36,683 bases of DNA from Stellaceae bacterium. GTDB lineage: Bacteria; Pseudomonadota; Alphaproteobacteria; ATCC43930; CGMCC-115725. The notes beneath the pieces were generated by a model. That model searched no databases. It was not told the DNA's origin and was given only the letters and a program-made list of their open reading frames with translations. Numbering within the stretch: the first letter of the stretch is position 1; every line of letters begins with the position of its first letter. The position numbers and the translations under genes are program-made. The stretch covers positions 1-36,683 of the forward strand of contig DATMMM010000443.1 in the NCBI GenBank assembly GCA_035569735.1, given 5' to 3'. Positions 27,155 to 36,500 of this stretch are shown piece by piece.

Positions 27155-29430
27155 CAGCGGCGCCGGCTCCCGCGCTTGGCCTCGTCCATGGCCTTGAGAA
27201 CGCGGGGCGCCGACATCGGCAGCTGCGTCATGCGCACGCCCGCCGCCGCGGAGACCGCGTTGGCGACGGCCGCGAGCGGCGGCACGATCGAGGTCTCTCC
27301 GACGCCGCGCACCCCATAGGGATGGCCGGGATTCGGCACCTCGACGATCACGGTGTCGATCATCGGCAGGTCGGAGGCCACGGGAATGCGGTAGTCGAGG
27401 AAGCCGGGGTTCTGCAGCCGGCCGTCCTTGCCGTAGATATATTCCTCGTTGATCGACCAGCCGATGCCCTGCGCGGCGCCGCCCTGGAACTGGCCTTCGA
27501 CGTAGCTCGGATGCACCGCCTTGCCGGCGTCCTGCACCACCGTATAGCGCGTGATATGCGTGCGCCCGGTCTCGGGATCGATCTCGGCGTCGGCGATGTG
27601 CACGGCGAAGCTGACGCCGGCGCCATCCGCGTTCACCTCATAGTGGCCGGCGATCGGGCCGCCGGTCTTGGCGGCTTTCTTGGCGAGATCCTCCAGCGAC
27701 AGCGGCTCGAAGCTGCCGGCATTGGGGCCGGAGGGCCTGGCTTGGCCGTTCTCCCAGGTCACCGCGTCCGCCGGGATGCCCCAGATCTTCGCGGCGCGCG
27801 CGCAGAGCTTGGTGACGGCGTCGCGGGCGGCGCTGATGGTGGCGAGGCCGGTCGAGAAGGTGACGCGGCTCCCTTCGGAGATGTCGTTGTAGCCGAGCGA
27901 GCTGGTGTCGGCGACGATCGCGCGCACCTTGTCGTAGGGGATGCCGAGCTCCTCCGCTGCCATCAGGCACATCGAGGCGCGCGAGCCGCCGATGTCGGGC
28001 GTGCCGACCACCAGCGCCACGGTGCCGTCGATGTTGACGTTGAGCGAGACGCAGGTCTGGCCGCCGAAGTTGAACCAGAAGCCGGCGGCGACGCCGCGGC
28101 CCTGATTGGCGCCGAGCGGCGCCTTATAGTGCGGATGCTTGCGCGCAGCTTCAAGGCAATCGATGAGGCCGATGCGGTTGTACTTCGGCCCATAGGACGA
28201 GCGCGTGCCTTCCTTGGCGGCGTTCTTGAGACGCAGCTCGATCGGATCCATATGGATCTTCTTCGCGAGCTCGTCGAGCACGCTCTCGACCGCGAAGGCC
28301 GCCATCGGCGCGCCTGGTGCGCGATAGGCCGCCTGCTTCGGCCGGTTGGTGACCACGTCATAGCCCACCACCTTGACGTGCTCGAGGTCGTAGCAGGCGA
28401 AGGCCGACATGGCGCCCAGCACGACCGGTGAGCCCGTGAACGCGCCGCCCTGGAAGCGAAGCTCGGCATAGCCGCCGGTGATGCGGCCCGCCTTGGTCAC
28501 GCCGATCTTGACGGTCATGCTGGTGCTCGAGGTCGGGCCCGAGGCGCGGAACACCTCCTCGCGGCTCATGACGACCTTCACCGGCTTGCCGGCCTTGCGC
28601 GAGAGCGCCAATGCCACCGGCTCCACGAACACCGTGGTCTTGCCGCCGAAGCCGCCGCCGATCTCCGAGGCGGTGACGCGCAGCCTGGATACATCCATGC
28701 CCAGGAGTGCCGCGCAGGTATCGCGAACCATGAAATGGCCCTGGGTGCAGACCCAGAGCTCGCCCGAGCCGTCGGTGCCGACGCTCGCGAGGCAGGCGTG
28801 CGGCTCAATGTAGCCTTGGTGTGTCGCCTCGGTCTTGAAGACGCGCTCGACGACGTGGTCGGCCTGCTTGAACCCCTCCTCGGGGTCGCCATGGCCGAAC
28901 TCGTGCCGGCCCGCGATGTTGGAGGGCTTGGTCGGCGCGGGCTCGACGTTTTCCGTGATCATGTCGGCGTGCAGGATCGGCGCGCCCGGCTTCATCGCTT
29001 CGTCGACGTCGGTGACGTGCGGCAGGATCTCGTAGTCGACCTTGATCAGCTTCAGCGCCTTGCGCGCGATCGCCGTGCTGGTGGCGGCGACGGCCGCGAC
29101 CGCGTGCCCGTCGTAGAGCGCCTTCTCTCGCGCCATGACGTTGTAGAGCACGTCCCGCAGACTGGGATCGACGTCCGCCGGGAAATCATCGCGGGTGACG
29201 ATCGCCTTGACGCCCGGAAGCTTCGCGGCCTTCGTGGCGTCGATGGCGCGGATCCGCGCGTGCGGATGCGGGCTGCGCAGGATCTTGCCGACCAGCATGC
29301 CCGGCGCGTTGGCGTCGGCGCCGAACTTCGCGCGTCCGGTGACCTTGTCGACGCCATCCGGCCGCAGCGGCCGGGTGCCGACGATCTTGAACGAGTGCGT
29401 GCGGGGATCGAGATTTGCATCGAGCGGCAT
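27154..29430 (-). CDS. Xanthine dehydrogenase/aldehyde oxidase-family molybdopterin-binding large subunit
   Basis: FKIVGTRPLRPDGVDKVTGRAKF N-terminus. GGGFGGK. AYRAPGAP, a generic XDH-family motif and not the CoxL AYxCSFR motif. 758 aa. Confidence 0.9.
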   Translation of the reverse strand: MPLDANLDPRTHSFKIVGTRPLRPDGVDKVTGRAKFGADANAPGMLVGKILRSPHPHARIRAIDATKAAKLPGVKAIVTRDDFPADVDPSLRDVLYNVMAREKALYDGHAVAAVAATSTAIARKALKLIKVDYEILPHVTDVDEAMKPGAPILHADMITENVEPAPTKPSNIAGRHEFGHGDPEEGFKQADHVVERVFKTEATHQGYIEPHACLASVGTDGSGELWVCTQGHFMVRDTCAALLGMDVSRLRVTASEIGGGFGGKTTVFVEPVALALSRKAGKPVKVVMSREEVFRASGPTSSTSMTVKIGVTKAGRITGGYAELRFQGGAFTGSPVVLGAMSAFACYDLEHVKVVGYDVVTNRPKQAAYRAPGAPMAAFAVESVLDELAKKIHMDPIELRLKNAAKEGTRSSYGPKYNRIGLIDCLEAARKHPHYKAPLGANQGRGVAAGFWFNFGGQTCVSLNVNIDGTVALVVGTPDIGGSRASMCLMAAEELGIPYDKVRAIVADTSSLGYNDISEGSRVTFSTGLATISAARDAVTKLCARAAKIWGIPADAVTWENGQARPSGPNAGSFEPLSLEDLAKKAAKTGGPIAGHYEVNADGAGVSFAVHIADAEIDPETGRTHITRYTVVQDAGKAVHPSYVEGQFQGGAAQGIGWSINEEYIYGKDGRLQNPGFLDYRIPVASDLPMIDTVIVEVPNPGHPYGVRGVGETSIVPPLAAVANAVSAAAGVRMTQLPMSAPRVLKAMDEAKRGSRRR

Positions 29431-29434
29431 GGGA

Positions 29435-29911
29435 TCAGGCCTTTCTCATCTCGGCGGCGGCGGCTTGCACCGCGCGCACGATCTTGTCATAGCCGGTGCA
29501 CCGACAGAGGTTGCCGGCGAGCCCGAAGCGGATCTCGCTCTCGGTCGGGTTAGGATTTTGGTCGAGCAGCGCCTTCGCTGAGACCAGGAAGCCCGGCGTG
29601 CAGATGCCGCATTGCAGGGCCGCGAACTCCAGGAACTTCTCCTGCAGCGGATGCAGCTTGTCGCCGGCGGCGATGCCTTCAACCGTGCGGATCTCGCGCC
29701 CCTCGGCCTCGGCCCCCAGCACCAGGCACGAGCAGACCACGCGGCCATCGAGTGTCACGCTGCAGGCGCCGCAGTCGCCGGTGCCGCAGCCTTCCTTGCT
29801 GCCGGTCAGGCCCAGCCGGTCGCGCAGCACGTCGAGCAGCGTCTCGTCGACCTCACAGAGATAAGAGACGGCGTCGCCGTTGATCGTGGTGGAAACCCGG
29901 ACTTGCGGCAT
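29435..29911 (-). CDS. (2Fe-2S)-binding small subunit of the XDH-family enzyme
   Basis: GCGTGDCGACSV and CGICTPG…CRCTGY motifs. 158 aa. Its ATG overlaps the stop of the FAD subunit gene (TGATG at 29909-29913). Confidence 0.9.
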   Translation of the reverse strand: MPQVRVSTTINGDAVSYLCEVDETLLDVLRDRLGLTGSKEGCGTGDCGACSVTLDGRVVCSCLVLGAEAEGREIRTVEGIAAGDKLHPLQEKFLEFAALQCGICTPGFLVSAKALLDQNPNPTESEIRFGLAGNLCRCTGYDKIVRAVQAAAAEMRKA

Positions 29912-30771
29912 CAATTCCCCCTCGCGCGCTTCAGCGCCGCCTCGGCCGCGCGGCGCGCCAGCACGCCCGCGACCCGGATGCGGAACTCCTTGGTGCCGCG
30001 CTTGTCGTCGATCGGCCGGCAGGCCGCGGATGCGGCGGCGGCGAGCCGCTCGAGCGCCTTCGCATCGATGGTGCTGCCGATCAGCGCCTTGGCGGCATCG
30101 GGCACCAGGATCACGCGCTCGGCGACCGCCCCCAGGGCGACCCGCGCCGCCGTGCAGACGCCCTTGGCGTCGAGCGTCAGGCTGACGCCGGCGCCGACCA
30201 CCGCGATGTCCATCTCCGAGCGCGGAATGAAGCGCAGATAGGCGTCGCCCGAGCGCGGCGGCCGCTTCGGCAACAGGATCGCCTCGACCATCTCGCCACG
30301 CTTGAGCGAGGTCTTGCCCGGGCCCGTGGCGACCGCCTCGACCGGCACGGTGCGCTTGCCGCGCGGACCCGCGATCACCGCGGAGGCGCCCGCCGCGAGC
30401 AGCGCCGGCACGCTGTCGGCCGCCGGCGAAGCATTGCAGAGATTGCCGGCGAGCGTGGCGCGGGACTGGATCTGGTGCGAGCCGATCAGATTCGCGGCCT
30501 CGACCACGCCGGGCCACGCCTTGCGGAGTGCCTTGTGCTCGCCGAGCTCGGCGCCGGCAACCGCGGCGCCGATCCGGAAGGCACCGTTCTTGGCCGTGAT
30601 GGTGCGCAGGGCCGGGATGCGCTTCACGTCGACGATCAGGTCCGGCGTCACGCGGTCGGTGCGCATCTGGACCAGGAGATCGGTGCCGCCTGCCAGCACG
30701 CGGGCGACGCCCGCCTTGCCGGCGAGCAGTTTCACCGCGGCGTTGACGGTGGTGGGTGCTTCGAATCGCAT
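29911..30771 (-). CDS. FAD-binding medium subunit of the XDH-family enzyme (CoxM/molybdopterin dehydrogenase FAD-binding type)
   Basis: LAGGTDLLVQM, and TLAGNLCNASPAADS. 286 aa. Confidence 0.85.
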   Translation of the reverse strand: MRFEAPTTVNAAVKLLAGKAGVARVLAGGTDLLVQMRTDRVTPDLIVDVKRIPALRTITAKNGAFRIGAAVAGAELGEHKALRKAWPGVVEAANLIGSHQIQSRATLAGNLCNASPAADSVPALLAAGASAVIAGPRGKRTVPVEAVATGPGKTSLKRGEMVEAILLPKRPPRSGDAYLRFIPRSEMDIAVVGAGVSLTLDAKGVCTAARVALGAVAERVILVPDAAKALIGSTIDAKALERLAAAASAACRPIDDKRGTKEFRIRVAGVLARRAAEAALKRARGN

Positions 30772-30891
30772 GGTGCTCTTTTTCAGGTTGTGGATTCCCC
30801 GTCGAGACTGCCGCTGGCAACCTCGACGTGCCCGACCCTACCGCCCGGCTGATGCTTGTCAACTCGGAGCTTGCCGATCCACTCTCTGCGC

Positions 30892-31497
30892 ATGCCGGGC
30901 GAGACTAGAGGAAAACCCTGGGAGGACTACTACGCGGCGACCGCCGATCGTGCGCCCCGCCGCACGTTGCTGGAGGCGCTTGCGCGGTTTGCACCCTCGG
31001 CCTCGCTGCGCTTGGCTGTCGATCTCGGCTGCGGGGATGGGCGCGACACCATCGAGCTGCTGCGGCGCGGCTGGTCGGTCCTGGCGGTCGACGCCGAGCC
31101 CGCGGCCATCGCCCGGCTCCAGAGCCGAGCGGATCTGCCGGAGAGCGCGCGGCTCTCCTGCCTCCGCCGGCGCTTCGAGGATGCGGGTTGGCCCGCGGCC
31201 GATCTCGTCAATGCGAGCTTCTCCCTGCCGCTGTGCCCGCCGGAGCGGTTCCCGGCGCTCTGGCAGCGCATCCTCGCATCGCTGAAGCCGGGCGGACGCT
31301 TCTCCGGCCAGCTCTATGGCGACCGGGACGGGTGGGCCGGACGGCCCGGCATGACCCATCTGAACCGTGCCGCGGCCGAGCGCCTGCTGGGGGACCTCCG
31401 CGTCGAGCTCTTCGAGGAAGAGGAAGCGGATTCGGTCACGCCGCGCGGCAAGCCCAAGCACTGGCACATTTTTCATATTGTCGCCCAGCGGCCGTGA
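30892..31497 (+). CDS. Class I SAM-dependent methyltransferase
   Basis: Motif I AVDLGCGDGRDTIELL…VLAVD, then LKPGGRF. ATG 30892 is preferred over the track start TTG 30856. Confidence 0.7.
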   Translation: MPGETRGKPWEDYYAATADRAPRRTLLEALARFAPSASLRLAVDLGCGDGRDTIELLRRGWSVLAVDAEPAAIARLQSRADLPESARLSCLRRRFEDAGWPAADLVNASFSLPLCPPERFPALWQRILASLKPGGRFSGQLYGDRDGWAGRPGMTHLNRAAAERLLGDLRVELFEEEEADSVTPRGKPKHWHIFHIVAQRP

Positions 31498-31514
31498 CGG
31501 GCCTCGGCGCGCGT

Positions 31515-32192
31515 CTAGGCCAGGTAGGCCGCAATGATCCCCGAGAGCACGATGCCGTCGAAGGTGCCGGCGCCACCGATGCTGGCGACGCCGATGGCGC
31601 TTTCCTCGATCTCGCGGAGATGCAGGAGGTCCGCGCCGATGAGCGGGCCCAGGGTGCCCGCGACGAAGGCGACCGGCGCCGCCTGGTCGGCACCCAACAC
31701 CAGGCCCAGGAGGGCCGCCACCAACGCCGGGACGAAACCCGGTATCAGGATCCCGACGCCCGGCACCGGCCGCGCCACCAGATAGCAGACGACCACGTTG
31801 ACGGTGCAGGCGGCGATCCCGGCGACGAGAAAGCGGGAGCCGAGCCCTGCAAGATTGAGGAACTCATAAGCCGCCAGCCCAGCCGGGATCAGGCAGCCCC
31901 CGACATTGACGGCGATGATGGTCTGCTGCTGCATCCGGGTCATGTCCGGCAGCATCCCGCTGACCCCGAGGATCGCGAGCGGATGCGCCGGTACCTTCTG
32001 TGGCCGCTCTATGCGCTTGACCGGGATGTTGATCCCGCTGCCCACGATGATGCCCAGCATCAACAGCAGCGCGGTGCCCGGCTCCAGGTTCAGCTTCGCC
32101 AGGCTCGCCGCCATCAACTGCGCGAACAGCAGCGGCAGCAGGATCAGCAGGACCAGAAACGCGATCAGCGAGAGGGGGGTGAAGGCTCTCAT
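31515..32192 (-). CDS. Integral membrane protein (DUF1614-like)
   Basis: 225 aa with several hydrophobic helices. INIPVKRI and GGAGTFDGI segments resemble DUF1614. The family call is tentative. Confidence 0.55.
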   Translation of the reverse strand: MRAFTPLSLIAFLVLLILLPLLFAQLMAASLAKLNLEPGTALLLMLGIIVGSGINIPVKRIERPQKVPAHPLAILGVSGMLPDMTRMQQQTIIAVNVGGCLIPAGLAAYEFLNLAGLGSRFLVAGIAACTVNVVVCYLVARPVPGVGILIPGFVPALVAALLGLVLGADQAAPVAFVAGTLGPLIGADLLHLREIEESAIGVASIGGAGTFDGIVLSGIIAAYLA

Positions 32193-32194
32193 GC

Positions 32195-32246
32195 GCCGCT
32201 CACTTTGCGGCCGTCAGGGCCAGGCCGGCCCAAAGGTGAGAGCGGC
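32195..32246 (-). terminator. Long GC-rich imperfect stem-loop between the lon stop and the DUF1614 start (no U-tract)
   Basis: GCCGCTCAC…CTTTG pairs with CAAAG…GTGAGAGCGGC (with bulges). An inner GGCCG/CGGCC and GGGCC/GGCCC pairing is also present. About 18 bp in total. Confidence 0.2.
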
Positions 32247-32254
32247 ATCGCGTC

Positions 32255-34684
32255 TCAGGCCGCGTTGGCGCTGGACGCCGGTTGGAGCGCGGTGCTCAAG
32301 GCCTGGTCGACGTTTTCGAGCCAGACGAACTCGAGAGCTTGGCGCGCCTCCTCGGGGATATCGTCCCAGTCCTTGCGGTTGCGCGCCGGCAGCATGACGG
32401 TCTTGACGCCCGCCAGCATCGCCGCCAGCACCTTCTCCTTGATGCCGCCAACCGGCAGCACCAGGCCGCGCAGGCTGATCTCGCCGGTCATGGCGAGGTC
32501 GCCCCGCACGGGGCGGCCGGTCAAGAGCGAGGCGAGCGCCGTGAACATGGCGACGCCGGCGCTGGGCCCGTCCTTCGGCACGGCGCCCGCGGGCACGTGC
32601 ACGTGGATGTCGCTGGTCTCGAACAGCTTCGCATCGACGCCGAGTTCCCGGTGCTTCGACTTCGCAAGGCTCAAGGCCGCCTGCGCGCTCTCCTTCATGA
32701 CGTCGCCGAGCTGGCCCGTGAGGATGAGCTTGCCGTTCCCGGGCGTGCGCGTCGCCTCGATGAAGAGGATGTCGCCGCCGACCGGCGTCCAGGCGAGGCC
32801 GGTCGCGACGCCGGGCACGCTGGTGCGCAACGCCTGCTCCGCCTCGAACCGGCGCGGACCCAGAATGCGCGCGATGTCGACGCTGTCGATGATGGCTCGC
32901 TCGACCGAGCCCTCGGCGATGCGCACGGCCACGTTGCGCAGCACCGAGCCGATCTCGCGCTCGAGATTGCGCACGCCCGCTTCGCGCGTGTAGTCCTTGA
33001 TGATGGTCCGAAGCGCCTCCTCGGTGATGGCGCACTGCTCGGCCGTCAGGCCGTTTGCCTCGCGCTGGCGCGGCACCAGGTAGCGCTCGGCGATCTGCAG
33101 CTTTTCCGAGATGGTGTAGCCCGAGAGCTGCATCACTTCCATGCGGTCGAGCAGCGGTCCCGGCACGGTGTCGAGCATGTTGGCGGTGGCGATGAACACC
33201 ACCTTGCTCAGATCGAAGGCGACGCCGAGGTAATTGTCGCGGAAAGTCGAGTTCTGCGCGGGGTCCAGCACCTCCAGCAGCGCCGAGGACGGATCGCCCT
33301 GGATGCCGCGGCCGAGCTTGTCGATCTCGTCCAGCATCATCACGCAATCGCGCGTGCCCGCCTTGCGGATCGCCTGGATGATGTTGCCGGGGAGCGCGCC
33401 GATATAGGTCCGGCGGTGGCCGCGGATCTCGGCCTCATCGTGGATGCCGCCGAGGCTCACGCGCACGAACTCGCGGCCCATTGCGCGCGCGATGCTCTGG
33501 CCCAGCGAGGTCTTGCCGACGCCCGGCGGCCCCACGAAGCAGAGGATCGGCGCCTTGCCGGTCGGGTTGAGCTTGCGCACGGCGAGGTATTCGAGGATGC
33601 GGCGCTTGATCTTCTCGAGGCCATAGTGATCGGCCTCCAGGATCTTGCGCGCCTCGGCGATGTCGATCGGCTTGCCGCTCTCGACGCTCCAGGGCAGCTC
33701 CGTCAGCCATTCGAGATAGGTGCGCAGCATGGAGGATTCGCCGGACGCGTCCGACATCCGCTTGAGCCGCGCGAGCTCCTTCCTCGCGTGCTTCTCCACG
33801 TCCTCGGGCATCTTCGCCTTGGCGATCGCCTCGGCGAGACGGGTCGCCTCGGTGCTTTCGTCCTCCTCGTCGCCGAGCTCCTTCTGGATGGTCCGCAGCT
33901 GCTCGCGCAACAGATGCTCGCGCTGCCGGCCCTCGATCGATTCGCGCGTGCGCTGGCCGATGTCATGGGAGAGCCGCAGCACCTCGAGCCGATAGGCCAG
34001 GAACCAGAGCACCCGGTCGAGGCGCGCCTTCGGGTCGATGGTCTCGAGGACCTGTTGCTTCTCCTCGATCTTGAGGTCGAGGAAGCTGGCGACCATATCC
34101 GCGAGCACAGAGGGCGACTCCACCGACCGGACTGTGTCCTTGAGCTCGTCGGGCGCGTTCGGGATGAGCTGCAGCGCCTCGAGCGCGCGTTCTTTGAGTT
34201 GCATGAAGCGCGCCTCGACCTCGGCGCCGGTGGTCTCCGGCTCCGCGATGCGCTCGATGCGCGCGGCGAGGAAGGACTGCTCCTCCAGGAATTCGACGAC
34301 ACGGAACCGCTGCTCGCCGCGGCAGATCAGATGGTGGCTGCCGTCCTGAGCGGTCACGTACCTCAGGATCATCCCGATGGTGCCGATCTCGTAGAGGTCG
34401 GCGGGGCCGGGGTCGGCCTTCTCGGGATCGCGCTGGAGCAGAACCCCGATCGGCGCCTGGGCGCGCACGGCGTATTGGACGGCGGCGACCGAGCGTGGCC
34501 GGCCCACCGACAGCGGCATGACCACGGAGGGGAACAGGAGAGTGTTGCGCACCGGTACGATCACGACGGCATCGGCGGGCAGCTTCGGCGCCTCGCCGGC
34601 GGCGCCCGCCGGCGCTGTCGACCGGGCGGATTGGGGCGGCGCGGGCCCTTGTTGCTCAAGGAAATTAGGACCGATGTCTGTCAT
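32255..34684 (-). CDS. lon: ATP-dependent Lon protease (LonA type), probably a heat-shock paralogue
   Basis: Walker A GPPGVGKTSLG. MLDEIDK. Protease serine motif PKDGPSAGVAM. 809 aa from ATG 34684. The track ORF extension to 35077 overlaps hsp20 out of frame. Confidence 0.95.
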   Translation of the reverse strand: MTDIGPNFLEQQGPAPPQSARSTAPAGAAGEAPKLPADAVVIVPVRNTLLFPSVVMPLSVGRPRSVAAVQYAVRAQAPIGVLLQRDPEKADPGPADLYEIGTIGMILRYVTAQDGSHHLICRGEQRFRVVEFLEEQSFLAARIERIAEPETTGAEVEARFMQLKERALEALQLIPNAPDELKDTVRSVESPSVLADMVASFLDLKIEEKQQVLETIDPKARLDRVLWFLAYRLEVLRLSHDIGQRTRESIEGRQREHLLREQLRTIQKELGDEEDESTEATRLAEAIAKAKMPEDVEKHARKELARLKRMSDASGESSMLRTYLEWLTELPWSVESGKPIDIAEARKILEADHYGLEKIKRRILEYLAVRKLNPTGKAPILCFVGPPGVGKTSLGQSIARAMGREFVRVSLGGIHDEAEIRGHRRTYIGALPGNIIQAIRKAGTRDCVMMLDEIDKLGRGIQGDPSSALLEVLDPAQNSTFRDNYLGVAFDLSKVVFIATANMLDTVPGPLLDRMEVMQLSGYTISEKLQIAERYLVPRQREANGLTAEQCAITEEALRTIIKDYTREAGVRNLEREIGSVLRNVAVRIAEGSVERAIIDSVDIARILGPRRFEAEQALRTSVPGVATGLAWTPVGGDILFIEATRTPGNGKLILTGQLGDVMKESAQAALSLAKSKHRELGVDAKLFETSDIHVHVPAGAVPKDGPSAGVAMFTALASLLTGRPVRGDLAMTGEISLRGLVLPVGGIKEKVLAAMLAGVKTVMLPARNRKDWDDIPEEARQALEFVWLENVDQALSTALQPASSANAA

Positions 34685-34701
34685 TGCGGCGTCTGCTCTC
34701 G

Positions 34702-35106
34702 TCAGTCGACCCTGCGCAAGGAGAGCGCAAGGCAGCCATGCGTCAGTTGATAGCGCACCAGCTCGTACCGGCCCCCGGTTAGCGCCAGCCGGCGTTCGAA
34801 GCGGCCATAGGGGATCTCCAGGCGGTGGATCACCGCCGGCTCCGCGGCGCAAGGCAGCGGCCGCTCCCCTGCCACGGAAAGGATGCTGCCTTCGTAGGAG
34901 ATCTCGAGCCGCTCCGGGTCCACGCCCGGCAACGCGATCTCGATCAGCAAACCGCCGGACGTCTCGAAGATATCGACGGGCGGCTCCCACGAGGGTTGGC
35001 GGCCGGCGCGGGCCGGCTCGAAAAACCGCTGATGCAGGCGCTCGGCGCGCTCCAGCATCCGCTGCGCTTCCGCCCACATCCAGACGGAGGGATCAGGTGG
35101 CGGCAT
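34702..35106 (-). CDS. Hsp20/alpha-crystallin family small heat-shock protein
   Basis: WEPPVDIFETSGGLLIEIALPGVDPERLEISYEGSILSVAGER alpha-crystallin core. 134 aa. Ends 17 nt upstream of the lon start. Confidence 0.85.
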   Translation of the reverse strand: MPPPDPSVWMWAEAQRMLERAERLHQRFFEPARAGRQPSWEPPVDIFETSGGLLIEIALPGVDPERLEISYEGSILSVAGERPLPCAAEPAVIHRLEIPYGRFERRLALTGGRYELVRYQLTHGCLALSLRRVD

Positions 35107-35140
35107 ACGTTCGGGGTCCCTATTGTCGGCGGCTCTCTCA

Positions 35141-35169
35141 ATATGGCGACGGCACCGCGATCCTTCCAG
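35141..35169 (-). promoter_or_regulatory. Candidate sigma32 (RpoH)-type heat-shock promoter for hsp20-lon
   Basis: The minus strand reads CTGGAA-N15-CGCCATAT, against consensus CTTGAA-N13-17-CCCCATNT. It ends about 35 nt upstream of the hsp20 ATG. Confidence 0.3.
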
Positions 35170-35197
35170 GGTCGGGCGCAATCGGGAGTTAGGGACA

Positions 35198-36487
35198 ATG
35201 GGACAGGCGCCCTCTATCGTCGACACCGAGGCCAAGCGGGCGGCGCTTCGCCGGAACAAGCGGTCGGCGACAGGCCTCCTGCTGGCAGCGGTGGCGCTCG
35301 CCGTCGGGACGGCGCTGTGGCCCGATCGGCCCTTCGCGGTCCAGCTGATCAATGCCGCCGCCGAGGCCGCCATCGTCGGCGGGCTTGCGGATTGGTTCGC
35401 GGTGACCGCGCTCTTCCGTCGGCCGCTGGGCCTGCCGATCCCCCATACCGCGCTCATCCCCTCGCGCAAGGACGACATCGGCCGGTCGCTGGCGGGTTTC
35501 GTACGGGACCAGTTCCTCGACCCGCCCGTGCTGATCGAGCGCCTCCGGGCCGAAAACCGGGCACGGCAGCTGGGGCAGCTGCTGGCGAGCGACGCGGCCG
35601 CGGCCTTCATCGCCGAGCGTGTCTCTGCGGTGGTGCCGATCGTCTTGAGCTCGGTCGACGATGCCAGCATCCGGGCTTTCTTGCGCGATGTGGCACTGGA
35701 CGGGCTGCGGCGGCTCGACCTCGCCGCCACCATGGACGCGGTCATCGAGGCGATGATCCGGGACGGCAAGCACATGGAACTGGTGGATGCGCTGATCGAC
35801 GTCCTCGAGCCGTCGCTCGATGCGCTGGGCGACGTCATCGCCGAGAAAGTCGGCGAGCGTACCGGCCGGTTCTTCCCGAGCTATTTCGATCGCAAGATCG
35901 GCGACGGCATCATTTCGGGCGTCGAGAAATGGTTCCGGGCGGTCCGCACGCCCGAGAGCCTGGAGCGGGTGGGGCTCGACGCCTGGATCCGCGCGCGGAT
36001 GGCGGAGCTCCGGGCGTCCCCCGATTATGCGGCTCTGATCGAGCGCGCACAGGCGGCGATCGTCACGCATCCAGCGCTGTTGCATGCGCTTGCGACCATC
36101 TGGGATGAGATCAAGCGCGAGCTCGCCCAGGACGTGCGCTCGGCCCATCCGCGCGCCGGCAAGATCATGGGCGAGATCGCCCAGACCGTCGGCCGGCTGA
36201 TAGAGGAAACCCCCGAGCTTCAGCGGCTCCTCAACGCCGCGATCGAAGGCGTGGTTGTGGGCTACATCACGCCCTGGCGCGCACAGATCGCGGATTACAT
36301 CGCCGGCGTCGTAGCGTCCTGGGACGGCCGGAAGGTCGCCGAGGTGATCGAGCTCCAGGTGGGCAAAGACCTGCAATATGTGCGGATCAATGGCACCCTG
36401 GTCGGCGCCCTGATCGGCAGCGGCCTTTTCCTGATGCGGGCGGTATTGCCGAGGCTGCTGGCCGCGATCCCCGCTCTCGGAACCTGA
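35198..36487 (+). CDS. DUF445-family membrane-associated protein
   Basis: ATG is preceded by GGGAG/AGGGA. GGLADWFAVTALFRRPLGLPIPHTALIP is the DUF445 hallmark. C-terminal INGTLVGALIGSGLF. Confidence 0.65.
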   Translation: MGQAPSIVDTEAKRAALRRNKRSATGLLLAAVALAVGTALWPDRPFAVQLINAAAEAAIVGGLADWFAVTALFRRPLGLPIPHTALIPSRKDDIGRSLAGFVRDQFLDPPVLIERLRAENRARQLGQLLASDAAAAFIAERVSAVVPIVLSSVDDASIRAFLRDVALDGLRRLDLAATMDAVIEAMIRDGKHMELVDALIDVLEPSLDALGDVIAEKVGERTGRFFPSYFDRKIGDGIISGVEKWFRAVRTPESLERVGLDAWIRARMAELRASPDYAALIERAQAAIVTHPALLHALATIWDEIKRELAQDVRSAHPRAGKIMGEIAQTVGRLIEETPELQRLLNAAIEGVVVGYITPWRAQIADYIAGVVASWDGRKVAEVIELQVGKDLQYVRINGTLVGALIGSGLFLMRAVLPRLLAAIPALGT

Positions 36488-36500
36488 CCAGGCGGGCGTC

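Noticed and set aside
27154-30771. Interpreting the M-S-L operon as aerobic CO dehydrogenase (coxMSL), given the gene order.
   Set aside because: The large subunit has AYRAPGAP at the active-site loop rather than the form I AYxCSFR or form II AYRGAGR signature. No coxDEFG-type accessory genes are present. It is called only as a generic XDH/aldehyde-oxidase-family enzyme.
30815-30835. A possible sigma54 promoter (TGGCAA…GTGC) in the XDH/methyltransferase divergent spacer.
   Set aside because: The GG-to-GC spacing is two bases too long and the -12 element is GTGC rather than TTGC. No enhancer-binding protein gene is nearby.
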